A DNA stretch of 64,000 bases from a virus (Duplodnaviria; Caudoviricetes). A program made the translations under genes and the position numbers. The DNA lies in the IMG/VR virus record IMGVR_UViG_3300028624_000003, positions 96,001-160,000 of that record, one strand, 5' to 3'. Shown piece by piece: positions 9,739 through 18,329 of the stretch. The notes below the pieces were generated by a model. The model did no database searches and had not been told where the DNA came from. It saw only the letters and a list, made by a program, of their open reading frames with translations. Each line of letters starts with the position of its first letter. The first letter of the stretch is position 1.

Positions 9739-10178
9739 GTTTCCTCTCGATAATCGATCACGTACTCTATCGTGGGTACTTGCTACAAGACGTCCCCGTG
9801 AATTACGGTATACAGTCGCCGTACGTATTCATGCAGGACACCGCAGGACCTATCTATCATCCACACGACGGTGAGACCGGAAGAGGTGTCTACGCAATAG
9901 TTCACATGGTGGACATGCGGTTCAACAAGATACCCTTCACGGTTGAACTTCCGGGTGACTTGTTGGACATTCACTCCAATCTCGTCTATTTTGGAAAGCA
10001 CTGCGCAGTTGACGATACTGCAATGAAAAATCGAGAGTTTCGTGAGTTTCACAAAAGAGCCATGGAATTCAAGAAAGAAATCGAACCTAACGTCGAACGT
10101 ATTCGAAGCATATACCCCAGGCATCAGTTGAAGACATCCCCAGTGATATCCCTACTCAAGGATCTTGCAGGATGTTGA
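9735..10178 (+). CDS. Hypothetical protein
   Basis: ATGA overlap with the upstream gene. Confidence 0.65.
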   Translation: MSFLSIIDHVLYRGYLLQDVPVNYGIQSPYVFMQDTAGPIYHPHDGETGRGVYAIVHMVDMRFNKIPFTVELPGDLLDIHSNLVYFGKHCAVDDTAMKNREFREFHKRAMEFKKEIEPNVERIRSIYPRHQLKTSPVISLLKDLAGC

Positions 10179-11509
10179 CGAGTATAAACGAAACCCTGAA
10201 GCGTACTGTTGAGGATATCCTCAAGAAAGTAAAATCTGGGTACTTTACATTGGACTGTGTGTTCTACTCACCGCTGAACCAAACCGTAAAGGTCACACCC
10301 AGATACGTGAATAGTGTAGTACACAACCAGAGGTTTACAGAAAACTTCACAGATGAGATTCAGTTGACAGTGGAGCTAATGGCACAAGAAGCAATAACTC
10401 TGCTCAGTAACTATCAGAATCTCCTGTGCACTTTGACGTACACCAGATTGGACCACAGAGAGCTGCAACCGATACCAGATGAGCCACAAATCATTCTGAC
10501 CTATCGGGTAGCTATCGCAAACGCAGGTGATCTGCTAAAGCAGTATACCAAATCAGCAATCCTCCCATCAGAAAATGGATTTACTCCAGAATCTGTACAC
10601 AGTAGAACAATCTCTCTGAACGTGCAGTTGATAGAGAAGGATGTCTACGATCTTCGCAAGAAGCAAGTTAACGGACTGCTTAGAAATGCCACGGTGGAAC
10701 AAGCAATCTACTTTGTACTGAATTCTTTGGGTATAAAGAACATTCGCATGGTTCCACCTCACAATAAGAAAGTCTGGAGTAAGATAGACATTCCCCCAAT
10801 GCAGGATATCACCACAGTGTTCGATTTCCTGCAGAAAAACTATGGTGTGTACAGTAAGGGTCTCGCTTACTACTACACACAGGGAATCTTTTATCTGTAT
10901 CCGGCATACGAGACTTCTTCCGATAAACGCATTCAGAAAGAAGTGACACACATCTACAATGTACCTAGCACGTCGTATGCGGGCATGCACGGTTATCATT
11001 TCGTGGATGGAGATGTCACACATCTAGTAAACAACGCCGACGTGAGTACTCGAGACATGGCCACTGTGGGTGCAGAATTGTTCGGCAACTATCGTTTAAC
11101 GATGCGGACAGACACCTCACTTGACCTAGGAAGAAAAGTCAGCGGCAAATCAGGAAAGTTTTCTGATGACAATGTTTTGGGTTGTGGATCACGTGCAAAC
11201 CGAGGCATGGTCAATCAGTCACAAGGTGCAAGATACGAGACTGCATCGAACAACGCGTATGTGATGGCTAGCGAGATGGCTGAGTACGACTGCACTCTAG
11301 CAGCCAGTAGCTGGCAAATGGCTGAACTTTACTCACTCAAGCCAGGAGAAAGAGTGTACTACCATTTCGATGGAGAATCAGTGCATGATGCTACTGAGGG
11401 TGTAGTTGATTCAGTTCGCTATGTCACACAAATAGCAGACAGAAAGAGTAAGTACATCTACACCATAGGTGCTGCTTACGGACTGCGATTGGCACCTGAA
11501 AATATCTAA
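10172..11509 (+). CDS. Putative virion/baseplate protein
   Basis: 445 aa; IPP...VFDFLQKNYGVYSKGLAYYY resembles jumbo-phage baseplate hub-type proteins. Confidence 0.5.
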   Translation: MLTSINETLKRTVEDILKKVKSGYFTLDCVFYSPLNQTVKVTPRYVNSVVHNQRFTENFTDEIQLTVELMAQEAITLLSNYQNLLCTLTYTRLDHRELQPIPDEPQIILTYRVAIANAGDLLKQYTKSAILPSENGFTPESVHSRTISLNVQLIEKDVYDLRKKQVNGLLRNATVEQAIYFVLNSLGIKNIRMVPPHNKKVWSKIDIPPMQDITTVFDFLQKNYGVYSKGLAYYYTQGIFYLYPAYETSSDKRIQKEVTHIYNVPSTSYAGMHGYHFVDGDVTHLVNNADVSTRDMATVGAELFGNYRLTMRTDTSLDLGRKVSGKSGKFSDDNVLGCGSRANRGMVNQSQGARYETASNNAYVMASEMAEYDCTLAASSWQMAELYSLKPGERVYYHFDGESVHDATEGVVDSVRYVTQIADRKSKYIYTIGAAYGLRLAPENI

Positions 11510-11575
11510 AATTAACCAAAGAGTGGGTGTAGCAGGAGTTGACTACACCCACTCTAATTTGCAGGAGTAACGTCG

Positions 11576-12640
11576 ATGCGCTATGTACTAAAACTCGATA
11601 ATGCTGGAGATGCACTAGAGAACCAATTTCGACAAAACCTCGTCAATGCAGAAAGTATTTTCAAATTTCCTTCACCTACTGACTCGTTCATGTCTGTAGG
11701 TATTACAGCAGTCGATGAGTTCGATTCTGAATTGGACGGTGATCCAGTAATACGATCGTTTAGGTCAATGACAATCGGAGAGGGGCATATTGTACGACCT
11801 AAGAATAGATGTAAGGGTATGTACCTGTATATCTCCGGAGATCTGGTAGTTAATGGATTACTCACAATGACTGCGCGTGGAGCTAAAGCGCAAGGAAAAT
11901 ATGTCGGAATAGATCCTAAATCTTTGGTAGTGTACCACCATCCGTCAGATATATTTCAAGGAGTATGTCCTGATGTAATTGGACCAAAAGGTGGACCTGG
12001 TGGAGCAGCTACGTACAACAAGAGTGGTACGACCACTAGCGACGGATATTCTCAAAAGTACACACATGGTTTACCTGGTATAAATGGCGCATGTGGTGGC
12101 GGAGGTAGTGGAATTGCCGGAGCTTCTTGGGGCGGTTCTTGCTATTCTGGGAGTGGTGCAGACGGCACATCATTCTCAGGTGGATCCGGAGGAGGTGGAG
12201 TATCTATAGGTCGAGCTACCGGTGTCAACGGTGGGGCTGCACAACCTGACGGTGGCGCCGGAGGTGCAGCCGCTGCCAGTAAAGGATCTACCACTACCAT
12301 CAGCGCAAGAACTGCTGGAGGGGGAGCTGGTAATCCTGGGGGAGCAGGAGCTGCAGTGGGAGGAGGTTCAGGTGGGATAGGTCAATCAGGTACTGGCGGA
12401 CTATTGATCCTCGTAGTTAAGGGTTCCATCATTTTTGGACCGAACGGACGAATAGAGTCGTGCGGTTCATTGGGTGGAATTGACTCAAGAGCAATTGGAC
12501 AAGGAGGAGGTTCGGGTGGTGGAGCTATTCACATCTTTACTTCCAATCCTGAAAATATTGATCAGAGTAAAATATCCGTGGCGGGTGGAGGACCTCTCAG
12601 TAGAGGAGGAAATGGATCGATTGTGATTATGGAGATTTAA
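11576..12640 (+). CDS. Glycine-rich protein (paralog of 44108-45175), possible adhesin
   Basis: GHIVRPKNRCKG...MTARGA N-domain followed by GGGGSG/GGAGNPGG repeats. Confidence 0.7.
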   Translation: MRYVLKLDNAGDALENQFRQNLVNAESIFKFPSPTDSFMSVGITAVDEFDSELDGDPVIRSFRSMTIGEGHIVRPKNRCKGMYLYISGDLVVNGLLTMTARGAKAQGKYVGIDPKSLVVYHHPSDIFQGVCPDVIGPKGGPGGAATYNKSGTTTSDGYSQKYTHGLPGINGACGGGGSGIAGASWGGSCYSGSGADGTSFSGGSGGGGVSIGRATGVNGGAAQPDGGAGGAAAASKGSTTTISARTAGGGAGNPGGAGAAVGGGSGGIGQSGTGGLLILVVKGSIIFGPNGRIESCGSLGGIDSRAIGQGGGSGGGAIHIFTSNPENIDQSKISVAGGGPLSRGGNGSIVIMEI

Positions 12641-12657
12641 TCAAATGATACAATTCA

Positions 12658-12689
12658 CTAGATGGCTCCCTAGAAAGGGAGCCATCTAG
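12658..12689. terminator. 14-bp stem hairpin
   Basis: CTAGATGGCTCCCT-AGAA-AGGGAGCCATCTAG. Confidence 0.7.
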
Positions 12690-12711
12690 ATATAACCGAC
12701 TGTATTCCAAG

Positions 12712-12729
12712 TATATATCACTACTGTGA
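12712..12729 (+). promoter_or_regulatory. Putative early promoter
   Basis: TATATATCAC-TACTG-TGA; one of 12 copies of TATAYATYAC-N5-TGA. Confidence 0.7.
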
Positions 12730-12763
12730 ATGATACCATCGCTAAATCATTGTGAGGTGACAT

Positions 12764-13348
12764 ATGGCAACTCTATTCGGTTCAAATGTCGGTAACGTGT
12801 GGTTACAACTTTCGTCGAACAAACCGCCGCACAGAGCATATCGTACAGTACAAAAGCCGCATAAACACGAAGTGTATCAGTACTTCGGGATACCTCCTCT
12901 GGATGACAACGAGCAGGTACTCTACTGCGTCTTAAGTTCACTCTATTCATCAGACTGGAGCGCAGAGAAGGGAGAACTATCCTCAATATTTGCTAACCTC
13001 GACGGCATGCCGTCGAAGGTGTGTAACCTATACAAAGCAAACCAACCGAAAATACGGATCCCGGCAGAAATGATTACCGACGAGTTTCCGTGTTACATAC
13101 CAGCTCACTACTTCAAAGGTGTCCGCGAAGAAACGGAATTTGATCTGGGTCCACTTAAAGGAATTATAGCCTCACAGATATCAGTACCGACGTATCACTT
13201 TCATGGATGCCGGATGATTTACAAAATCGACGAGCGGACACGTTATCGTCTGTTGCCGTTTCATGACAAATTTGAGCAGCTTACGAAAGGATACAACCAC
13301 ACCACTGATAAAGGTGTAGCATATCTTCCACGATGGACTACGCAGTAA
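12764..13348 (+). CDS. Hypothetical early protein
   Basis: GAGGTG RBS; downstream of the promoter motif. Confidence 0.7.
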   Translation: MATLFGSNVGNVWLQLSSNKPPHRAYRTVQKPHKHEVYQYFGIPPLDDNEQVLYCVLSSLYSSDWSAEKGELSSIFANLDGMPSKVCNLYKANQPKIRIPAEMITDEFPCYIPAHYFKGVREETEFDLGPLKGIIASQISVPTYHFHGCRMIYKIDERTRYRLLPFHDKFEQLTKGYNHTTDKGVAYLPRWTTQ

Positions 13349-13373
13349 ACATTCTTACACTGAGGATTCTACA

Positions 13374-13652
13374 ATGAAAATCATCGCTCATGCTGGGGTA
13401 GGAAGAATAGGTGATCTCAGAACTATTGACACTGAGAATAACCAAGAAGCAAAGATGCGTAAACTACTCGACATCGTAAAAGTTCGAGTAAACTCCGGTT
13501 CCCCACACTGCAACATACACGGCGCGCAGAATACCTTGATATTTGGCTACAAGTATATCCGCGTGGTACTTGATCAGACTCACTCTTGCATAACCGCCGA
13601 AGTGTACGACAACGACAACTTGGTGGCTATTGCTGAATTTGAAAAAATATAA
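13374..13652 (+). CDS. Small hypothetical protein (paralog family, copy 1)
   Basis: GAGG RBS; C-terminus AEVYDNDNLVAIAEF. Confidence 0.65.
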   Translation: MKIIAHAGVGRIGDLRTIDTENNQEAKMRKLLDIVKVRVNSGSPHCNIHGAQNTLIFGYKYIRVVLDQTHSCITAEVYDNDNLVAIAEFEKI

Positions 13653-13667
13653 ACGGGAGTATCTCTG

Positions 13668-13982
13668 ATGAAGGTAGTGGTACCAAACAACACGGATCGT
13701 AGAGGAATCCGGGAACTCTACTCGTGCGAGATCCTGCACGAACCGGAACACAAAGAAACGATCAATCTCATTCGCATGGTGATAAGGGATTGTCAGCGTG
13801 TAGAATACGTACGCGATCGTGGTGTTAACGGGATGATCGTGTACCACGATGACTATCTACCTGACGTAGAAATCGAACTTCGTGGTAAGTACTTTGAACA
13901 CATTCGTGGAAGGACGATCGAGGTTACTATCTACGAACGTGGTAAAGTCATCGGGCTGGCAGAAATTCCTGAATCTGCATAA
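13668..13982 (+). CDS. Small hypothetical protein (paralog family, copy 2)
   Basis: GGGAG RBS; C-terminus VTIYERGKVIGLAEI. Confidence 0.65.
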   Translation: MKVVVPNNTDRRGIRELYSCEILHEPEHKETINLIRMVIRDCQRVEYVRDRGVNGMIVYHDDYLPDVEIELRGKYFEHIRGRTIEVTIYERGKVIGLAEIPESA

Positions 13983-13997
13983 CTTCCGGAGTAGTAC

Positions 13998-14309
13998 ATG
14001 GAAATCTTTGCGAATCACACCCGGGCACTTCGGGCGATCAAGGATCTGAAGGATCCTGATCTTGAGATTGTCGCAGAAAAAGAATACCAACAATGTATCA
14101 CAAATATCATTGCCGGGTTGCATCGTGCAATGGACGCAGATCGAGTCAGCACAAGATACTGCCAGTCCAACGGGTCTTACGTGTTGTACACTCCTGGATT
14201 CAATGGCGATAGCATCAATCTGGACTATGACAAGAAAGATGGTAGTGTATTCGTAACATTCATGTTCTGCGGAAAGTTAGTTGGAATGGCTACTATACGC
14301 GATGAGTGA
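13998..14309 (+). CDS. Small hypothetical protein (paralog family, copy 3)
   Basis: GGAG RBS; C-terminus VTFMFCGKLVGMATI. Confidence 0.65.
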   Translation: MEIFANHTRALRAIKDLKDPDLEIVAEKEYQQCITNIIAGLHRAMDADRVSTRYCQSNGSYVLYTPGFNGDSINLDYDKKDGSVFVTFMFCGKLVGMATIRDE

Positions 14310-14671
14310 GAGAGTGCCCCTACTAGGGCACTCTCCATTGAGAGCGATTATCAGTGTTGTATTTTTTTACATGCACAATTATAAAATGTAACAAACTCTT
14401 CTTCTCTTAAGAAGAAGAACCCTGTGGCAGACGAAGTCTGCATTCTCTTAGAGGAGAGTACGTAGTACTCGACATCCTTATTTCCTCTTACTACAGGTAG
14501 TACTGTATTGGTGGGAGAGGATGGAAGTAGTGCTAGGAATGGGTGGGGAGAATAACTAACCAAAGTGAATGATAAACAAATGAGAGGATACCTCACGGTA
14601 TCCTCTCCTCAAAGTGTATGAATTCAATACTCTGTATTATCCTGTACTAAACCAGAATGGGAGAGTGCAGT

Positions 14672-15175
14672 ATGCACATCGTTGTCGGAGACGTATTCGA
14701 ATTGCTTTATGCCAAAGATAGTCAGTACGATGTACTGGTCCACGGATGCAACTGTTTTCGTAACTTTGGTGCAGGATTTGCTAAGAGACTTAGGGAAGAG
14801 ATTCCTATTGCTTACTCTGCAGATCAGTTCACTGAGTACGGGTCACTCAAGAAACTTGGTACGTACAGTTATGCACACACCAAGATAGACGATAGATCAG
14901 TGATGATCATCAATGCCTACACGCAGTATGGATTCGGATACATGTACTACGCTTCGGATAATTTAGCAGACCCAGATAATCCATATCGTAAGAATAAGGT
15001 ACAGCTCCACTACTCTTCACTCCGTAGAGTACTCAATGCCATTTCTTTGCTGGAGAGTGATCACATTCTGATGCCTGCCATCGGTTGTGGTCATGCGGGT
15101 GGTGATTGGCCTACAGTGAAGAACATGATCGATAAGATCCTCGGAGATCGTGTCACCGTGGTTCTGCTCCAGTAA
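14672..15175 (+). CDS. Macro domain (ADP-ribose-processing) protein
   Basis: VGDVF...LVHGCNCFRNFGAGFAK...INAYTQY...MPAIGCGHAGGDW macro motifs. Confidence 0.85.
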   Translation: MHIVVGDVFELLYAKDSQYDVLVHGCNCFRNFGAGFAKRLREEIPIAYSADQFTEYGSLKKLGTYSYAHTKIDDRSVMIINAYTQYGFGYMYYASDNLADPDNPYRKNKVQLHYSSLRRVLNAISLLESDHILMPAIGCGHAGGDWPTVKNMIDKILGDRVTVVLLQ

Positions 15176-15193
15176 ATACAACATAGCTGCATA

Positions 15194-15217
15194 GAGAGGA
15201 GTCTCACGACTCCTCTC
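15194..15217. terminator. Hairpin between convergent genes, TCAC loop
   Basis: GAGAGGAGTC-TCAC-GACTCCTCTC. Confidence 0.7.
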
Positions 15218-15235
15218 CATACATTGCAATTTGTA

Positions 15236-16402
15236 TCAGTCCATACTGAGAGATTCTTCTGTACGAGTCATCCAGTCTTCTACTAGTAGTCGGATGGATG
15301 AATCATAGATACGTTCCCAGCATCTACCTCGTTTGACTCTACGCAACTCCACGAGGATGTCTCGTCTCATTGTGCGATACATGGCCATATCTGGACGCCA
15401 TGCATACATTCTCGTCATGAGATCGATGGTAGGGATATCTCGCATGAGCACTACTGGCATGTACTGGAATGTATCAGGGATATCCAAGTAAGTGTTCATG
15501 TAGTTGATTCTGTCGAGAATTGATCCATTCGGTAGAAGTTGGGCAGATAGAATCGAATTGACTCTGACTGATCCTTCTTTTACCTGAATCATCGCTTTGT
15601 AGAGTTCTTCCATAGCTTCGCCGTAGCGTCCCCCTACATAGCCAAATTGTCTATCTGACATAGGTGAAATGTTCACTAGACTGCGAACAGATTCGCCCTC
15701 TTCTGCTAGTTTGGAGATATAGTTGATACGATTGAACAACCATACCTCTAGCAGATCATCCATCAAGTGTACCAACACATGACGATGAATGAAGTCGTGC
15801 ATGGTCTTTATCGTTTCACCTGTGATGTCCATTGTCATGTACTTGTAGTACTTGAACATCAATGCTACTGCATCAATACAAATGATGGAGTATGTCGGGG
15901 GATTGTATTTTGTGACTATCCCGCCGCTAAATATGTTCAGAGTGTATTCTTCAGTGTCGTGATGCCAGAGATGTACTGGTTTTACTTTCTCCCAGTCATC
16001 CCAAGACTTATCGAGCGGTAATGTCTTTAGGTGATCCACGTCCGGTACAGGACAGAGATATTCGGTAGTAGCAAATAAGCCTTTCTTGTAGAAGGCTTTT
16101 CTGTAAGCCTTACCAGTTCTAGCTGGTGCGAAGGTATCGTAAGTGGATTGTGCCACTTCTTTGAAGTAGTTCAGATAGCGACTGAAGTCGTTTTGCTGGA
16201 GCATCAAGTACTCCATATCTCGTTCCATAGTTTTCAGTAGATGCTTCAAGATGTGAAAACATCTGGCTTCGTACACGTCGGAATTGAGATAACGCTTCTT
16301 CAACACTTTCTTCTGAAGCTTGAGATAGTCGACGTATTGCGTCCATTTCGGAAAGACTTTAGGCGATGCTGGATGGAAATGATCAGTGAGCCTGGAAAGC
16401 AT
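15236..16402 (-). CDS. Conserved hypothetical protein divergent from chimallin
   Basis: ATG 16402 after AGGAGG; 388 aa. Confidence 0.7.
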   Translation of the reverse strand: MLSRLTDHFHPASPKVFPKWTQYVDYLKLQKKVLKKRYLNSDVYEARCFHILKHLLKTMERDMEYLMLQQNDFSRYLNYFKEVAQSTYDTFAPARTGKAYRKAFYKKGLFATTEYLCPVPDVDHLKTLPLDKSWDDWEKVKPVHLWHHDTEEYTLNIFSGGIVTKYNPPTYSIICIDAVALMFKYYKYMTMDITGETIKTMHDFIHRHVLVHLMDDLLEVWLFNRINYISKLAEEGESVRSLVNISPMSDRQFGYVGGRYGEAMEELYKAMIQVKEGSVRVNSILSAQLLPNGSILDRINYMNTYLDIPDTFQYMPVVLMRDIPTIDLMTRMYAWRPDMAMYRTMRRDILVELRRVKRGRCWERIYDSSIRLLVEDWMTRTEESLSMD

Positions 16403-16503
16403 ACATCGACCTCCTGAACAATAATAAAAATCACCACACTCGGTGGAGTTATTTCCTACACGCAATGGCATATCATGTGCTCAGATCCCAACGGATTTGT
16501 GCA

Positions 16504-16521
16504 TATATATCACTATTGTGA
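16504..16521 (+). promoter_or_regulatory. Putative early promoter of chimallin
   Basis: TATATATCAC-TATTG-TGA. Confidence 0.7.
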
Positions 16522-16609
16522 ACCCTGCTCTGATTGTTTGTGCAATTGGAGTAAAAACACTAACCAAGTTCTTGGCCAAGAGAACAAAACACAGTTACGG
16601 AGAGTTACC

Positions 16610-18238
16610 ATGGGTATCAAATTTGACGGCATCGACGACGACACCGTTGCTCAGGAATCCCAGCAGAACGTTGGTGGCGTCCATGACAACGTCAGCGCTC
16701 CTCGTCGTGACCTGGGTGCCGAACGTGCTGCTCGCAGCACGGCTACTGCAGGCCGCGGGTTCGAGCAGCTCATGTATTCGCTGCAGTCCTCGAACAAGCT
16801 CACCGAGACCGCAACCGGTTTCCTTGAAAGTGTGCGCAAGCAGGTCAGCAATCAGAACAAGAAGATTCAGTTCTTCGATCTTCCGAAGACCTGCACCTCC
16901 TTCTTCGTGGATGGTGCTGAATGCGTCGGCTTCGTCTTCGAAGAAGCGCTTCGTGAATCCCAGCTCCGCAAGGGTTCGGACACGATCCTCATGGAAGTCA
17001 TGAAGGACTTCGAGACTGCCACCATCGACAAGAAGGGTGCCGAGAAGATCCTCGACATCGTGATCGTCACCTCCGACAGCTACGGTAAGAGCAACGTCTG
17101 GTCCAATTTCGTCGTGAACACTCTTCGTTCGGACGACTACGCCAGCCTGAAGTTCACCAACATGAACGCCAACAACGTGCGGTACTCCCTCGTGAGCGAC
17201 CTTCGTCAGGTGAAGGAAATGTTCTCCGACATGTCTCCTCACGCGACACCGGCGCGCATCGACTTCGGTTGCTCGGTCACCATGGAAGTGATGCCCGACG
17301 ATCGCCGCGACTACACTCGCGAAGATCATGACGAAATCCCCATCGGTGTTATCGGCGGCTACACCCGCTTCTACCTGATCGATGACCTGCAGGATGTCAA
17401 GTTCCAGCCTGTCATCTGCATCAGTGACATCCAGTCGAACATCCGGAACCATCGTGTTCTGCCCATCCTGCTTGCCAGCTTCCTTGACTACGCGGTCAAT
17501 GCGAAGGGCTGGCTTTCCCCGTACAGCCAGTTCGGTCCCAACAACCCGAACCTCGGCAACCTCTGGATCGATCCCGAAACTGACCAGCCGGTTGAGCTGG
17601 AATCTCTGGATCGTCTCGACCGCTTCGTGCGTGCCAAGTTCCTCGAACCCGTGGTCGTCTGCGAAATCCAGCCTGGCCGTGCGGGTATCCCGTCGCTGTG
17701 GCGCTACGCCGATCCGAAGCAGCAGGGCTTCATGCTTCAGGATCTCGCAGAATACCTGAACGCTCCTCAGATCGCAGATCTCGGCGAGCTCTTCGTGCCT
17801 CACTACGAACATCTGTCGTACTCCGGCTACGTTCAGGACCGTGGGGTCTGGATCGATACCCGCGAAATCGACTACTTCCGTGCCATCGGCATCACCCGTG
17901 ATCGTGATCTGCGTGATCGGTTCATCATCCCCGAAGACGACATGTCCGCAGAAATCGACAACATCAAGGAACTCGGTTTCAAGGAAGTCCGTCGCATCTG
18001 GACCACGTACCCCTGCAGCATCGCTACCAACAGCCTCGAACAGATCCTTGTTCACATGGGTGCTGGTGGTGGTCTCGCGCTTCGTACCGACTACAAGCAG
18101 CGCATGACGGTGAGTGTTTCCAGCTACACCGACCTCGGTCGCGGCATGCGCGACATCCTGCAGCGCAACCAGGTTACCAACCGGTTCCCGCTGATGGAAC
18201 GTGGTCGACGCAGCCTGCGAAACCTCAGCGGTCGCTAG
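16610..18238 (+). CDS. chmA: Probable chimallin (phage nuclear shell protein)
   Basis: ATG 16610, 542 aa; immediately upstream of the nvRNAP catalytic beta-prime gene, as phiKZ gp54-gp55; strong C-ending codon bias; own promoter and terminator; PARIDF...IGGYTRF...FQPVICISDI...W...NLGNL resembles recalled ChmA motifs. Confidence 0.7.
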   Translation: MGIKFDGIDDDTVAQESQQNVGGVHDNVSAPRRDLGAERAARSTATAGRGFEQLMYSLQSSNKLTETATGFLESVRKQVSNQNKKIQFFDLPKTCTSFFVDGAECVGFVFEEALRESQLRKGSDTILMEVMKDFETATIDKKGAEKILDIVIVTSDSYGKSNVWSNFVVNTLRSDDYASLKFTNMNANNVRYSLVSDLRQVKEMFSDMSPHATPARIDFGCSVTMEVMPDDRRDYTREDHDEIPIGVIGGYTRFYLIDDLQDVKFQPVICISDIQSNIRNHRVLPILLASFLDYAVNAKGWLSPYSQFGPNNPNLGNLWIDPETDQPVELESLDRLDRFVRAKFLEPVVVCEIQPGRAGIPSLWRYADPKQQGFMLQDLAEYLNAPQIADLGELFVPHYEHLSYSGYVQDRGVWIDTREIDYFRAIGITRDRDLRDRFIIPEDDMSAEIDNIKELGFKEVRRIWTTYPCSIATNSLEQILVHMGAGGGLALRTDYKQRMTVSVSSYTDLGRGMRDILQRNQVTNRFPLMERGRRSLRNLSGR

Positions 18239-18249
18239 GCTGATTCATT

Positions 18250-18287
18250 AGAGAGGAGAGGATCCCCACTAGGATCCTCTCCTCTCT
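18250..18287 (+). terminator. 16-bp stem hairpin after chmA
   Basis: AGAGAGGAGAGGATCC-CCACTA-GGATCCTCTCCTCTCT. Confidence 0.75.
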
Positions 18288-18329
18288 CTATTTATCTACC
18301 CACGGTCTTAATTTTTCAGGGGGATAAAG

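Noticed and set aside
16595-18055. 486-aa antisense ORF over chmA (similar ones at 29415-30392, 33707-34879, 49716-50594, 51951-52949)
   Set aside because: Expected from strong sense-strand codon bias; no motifs or clear RBS
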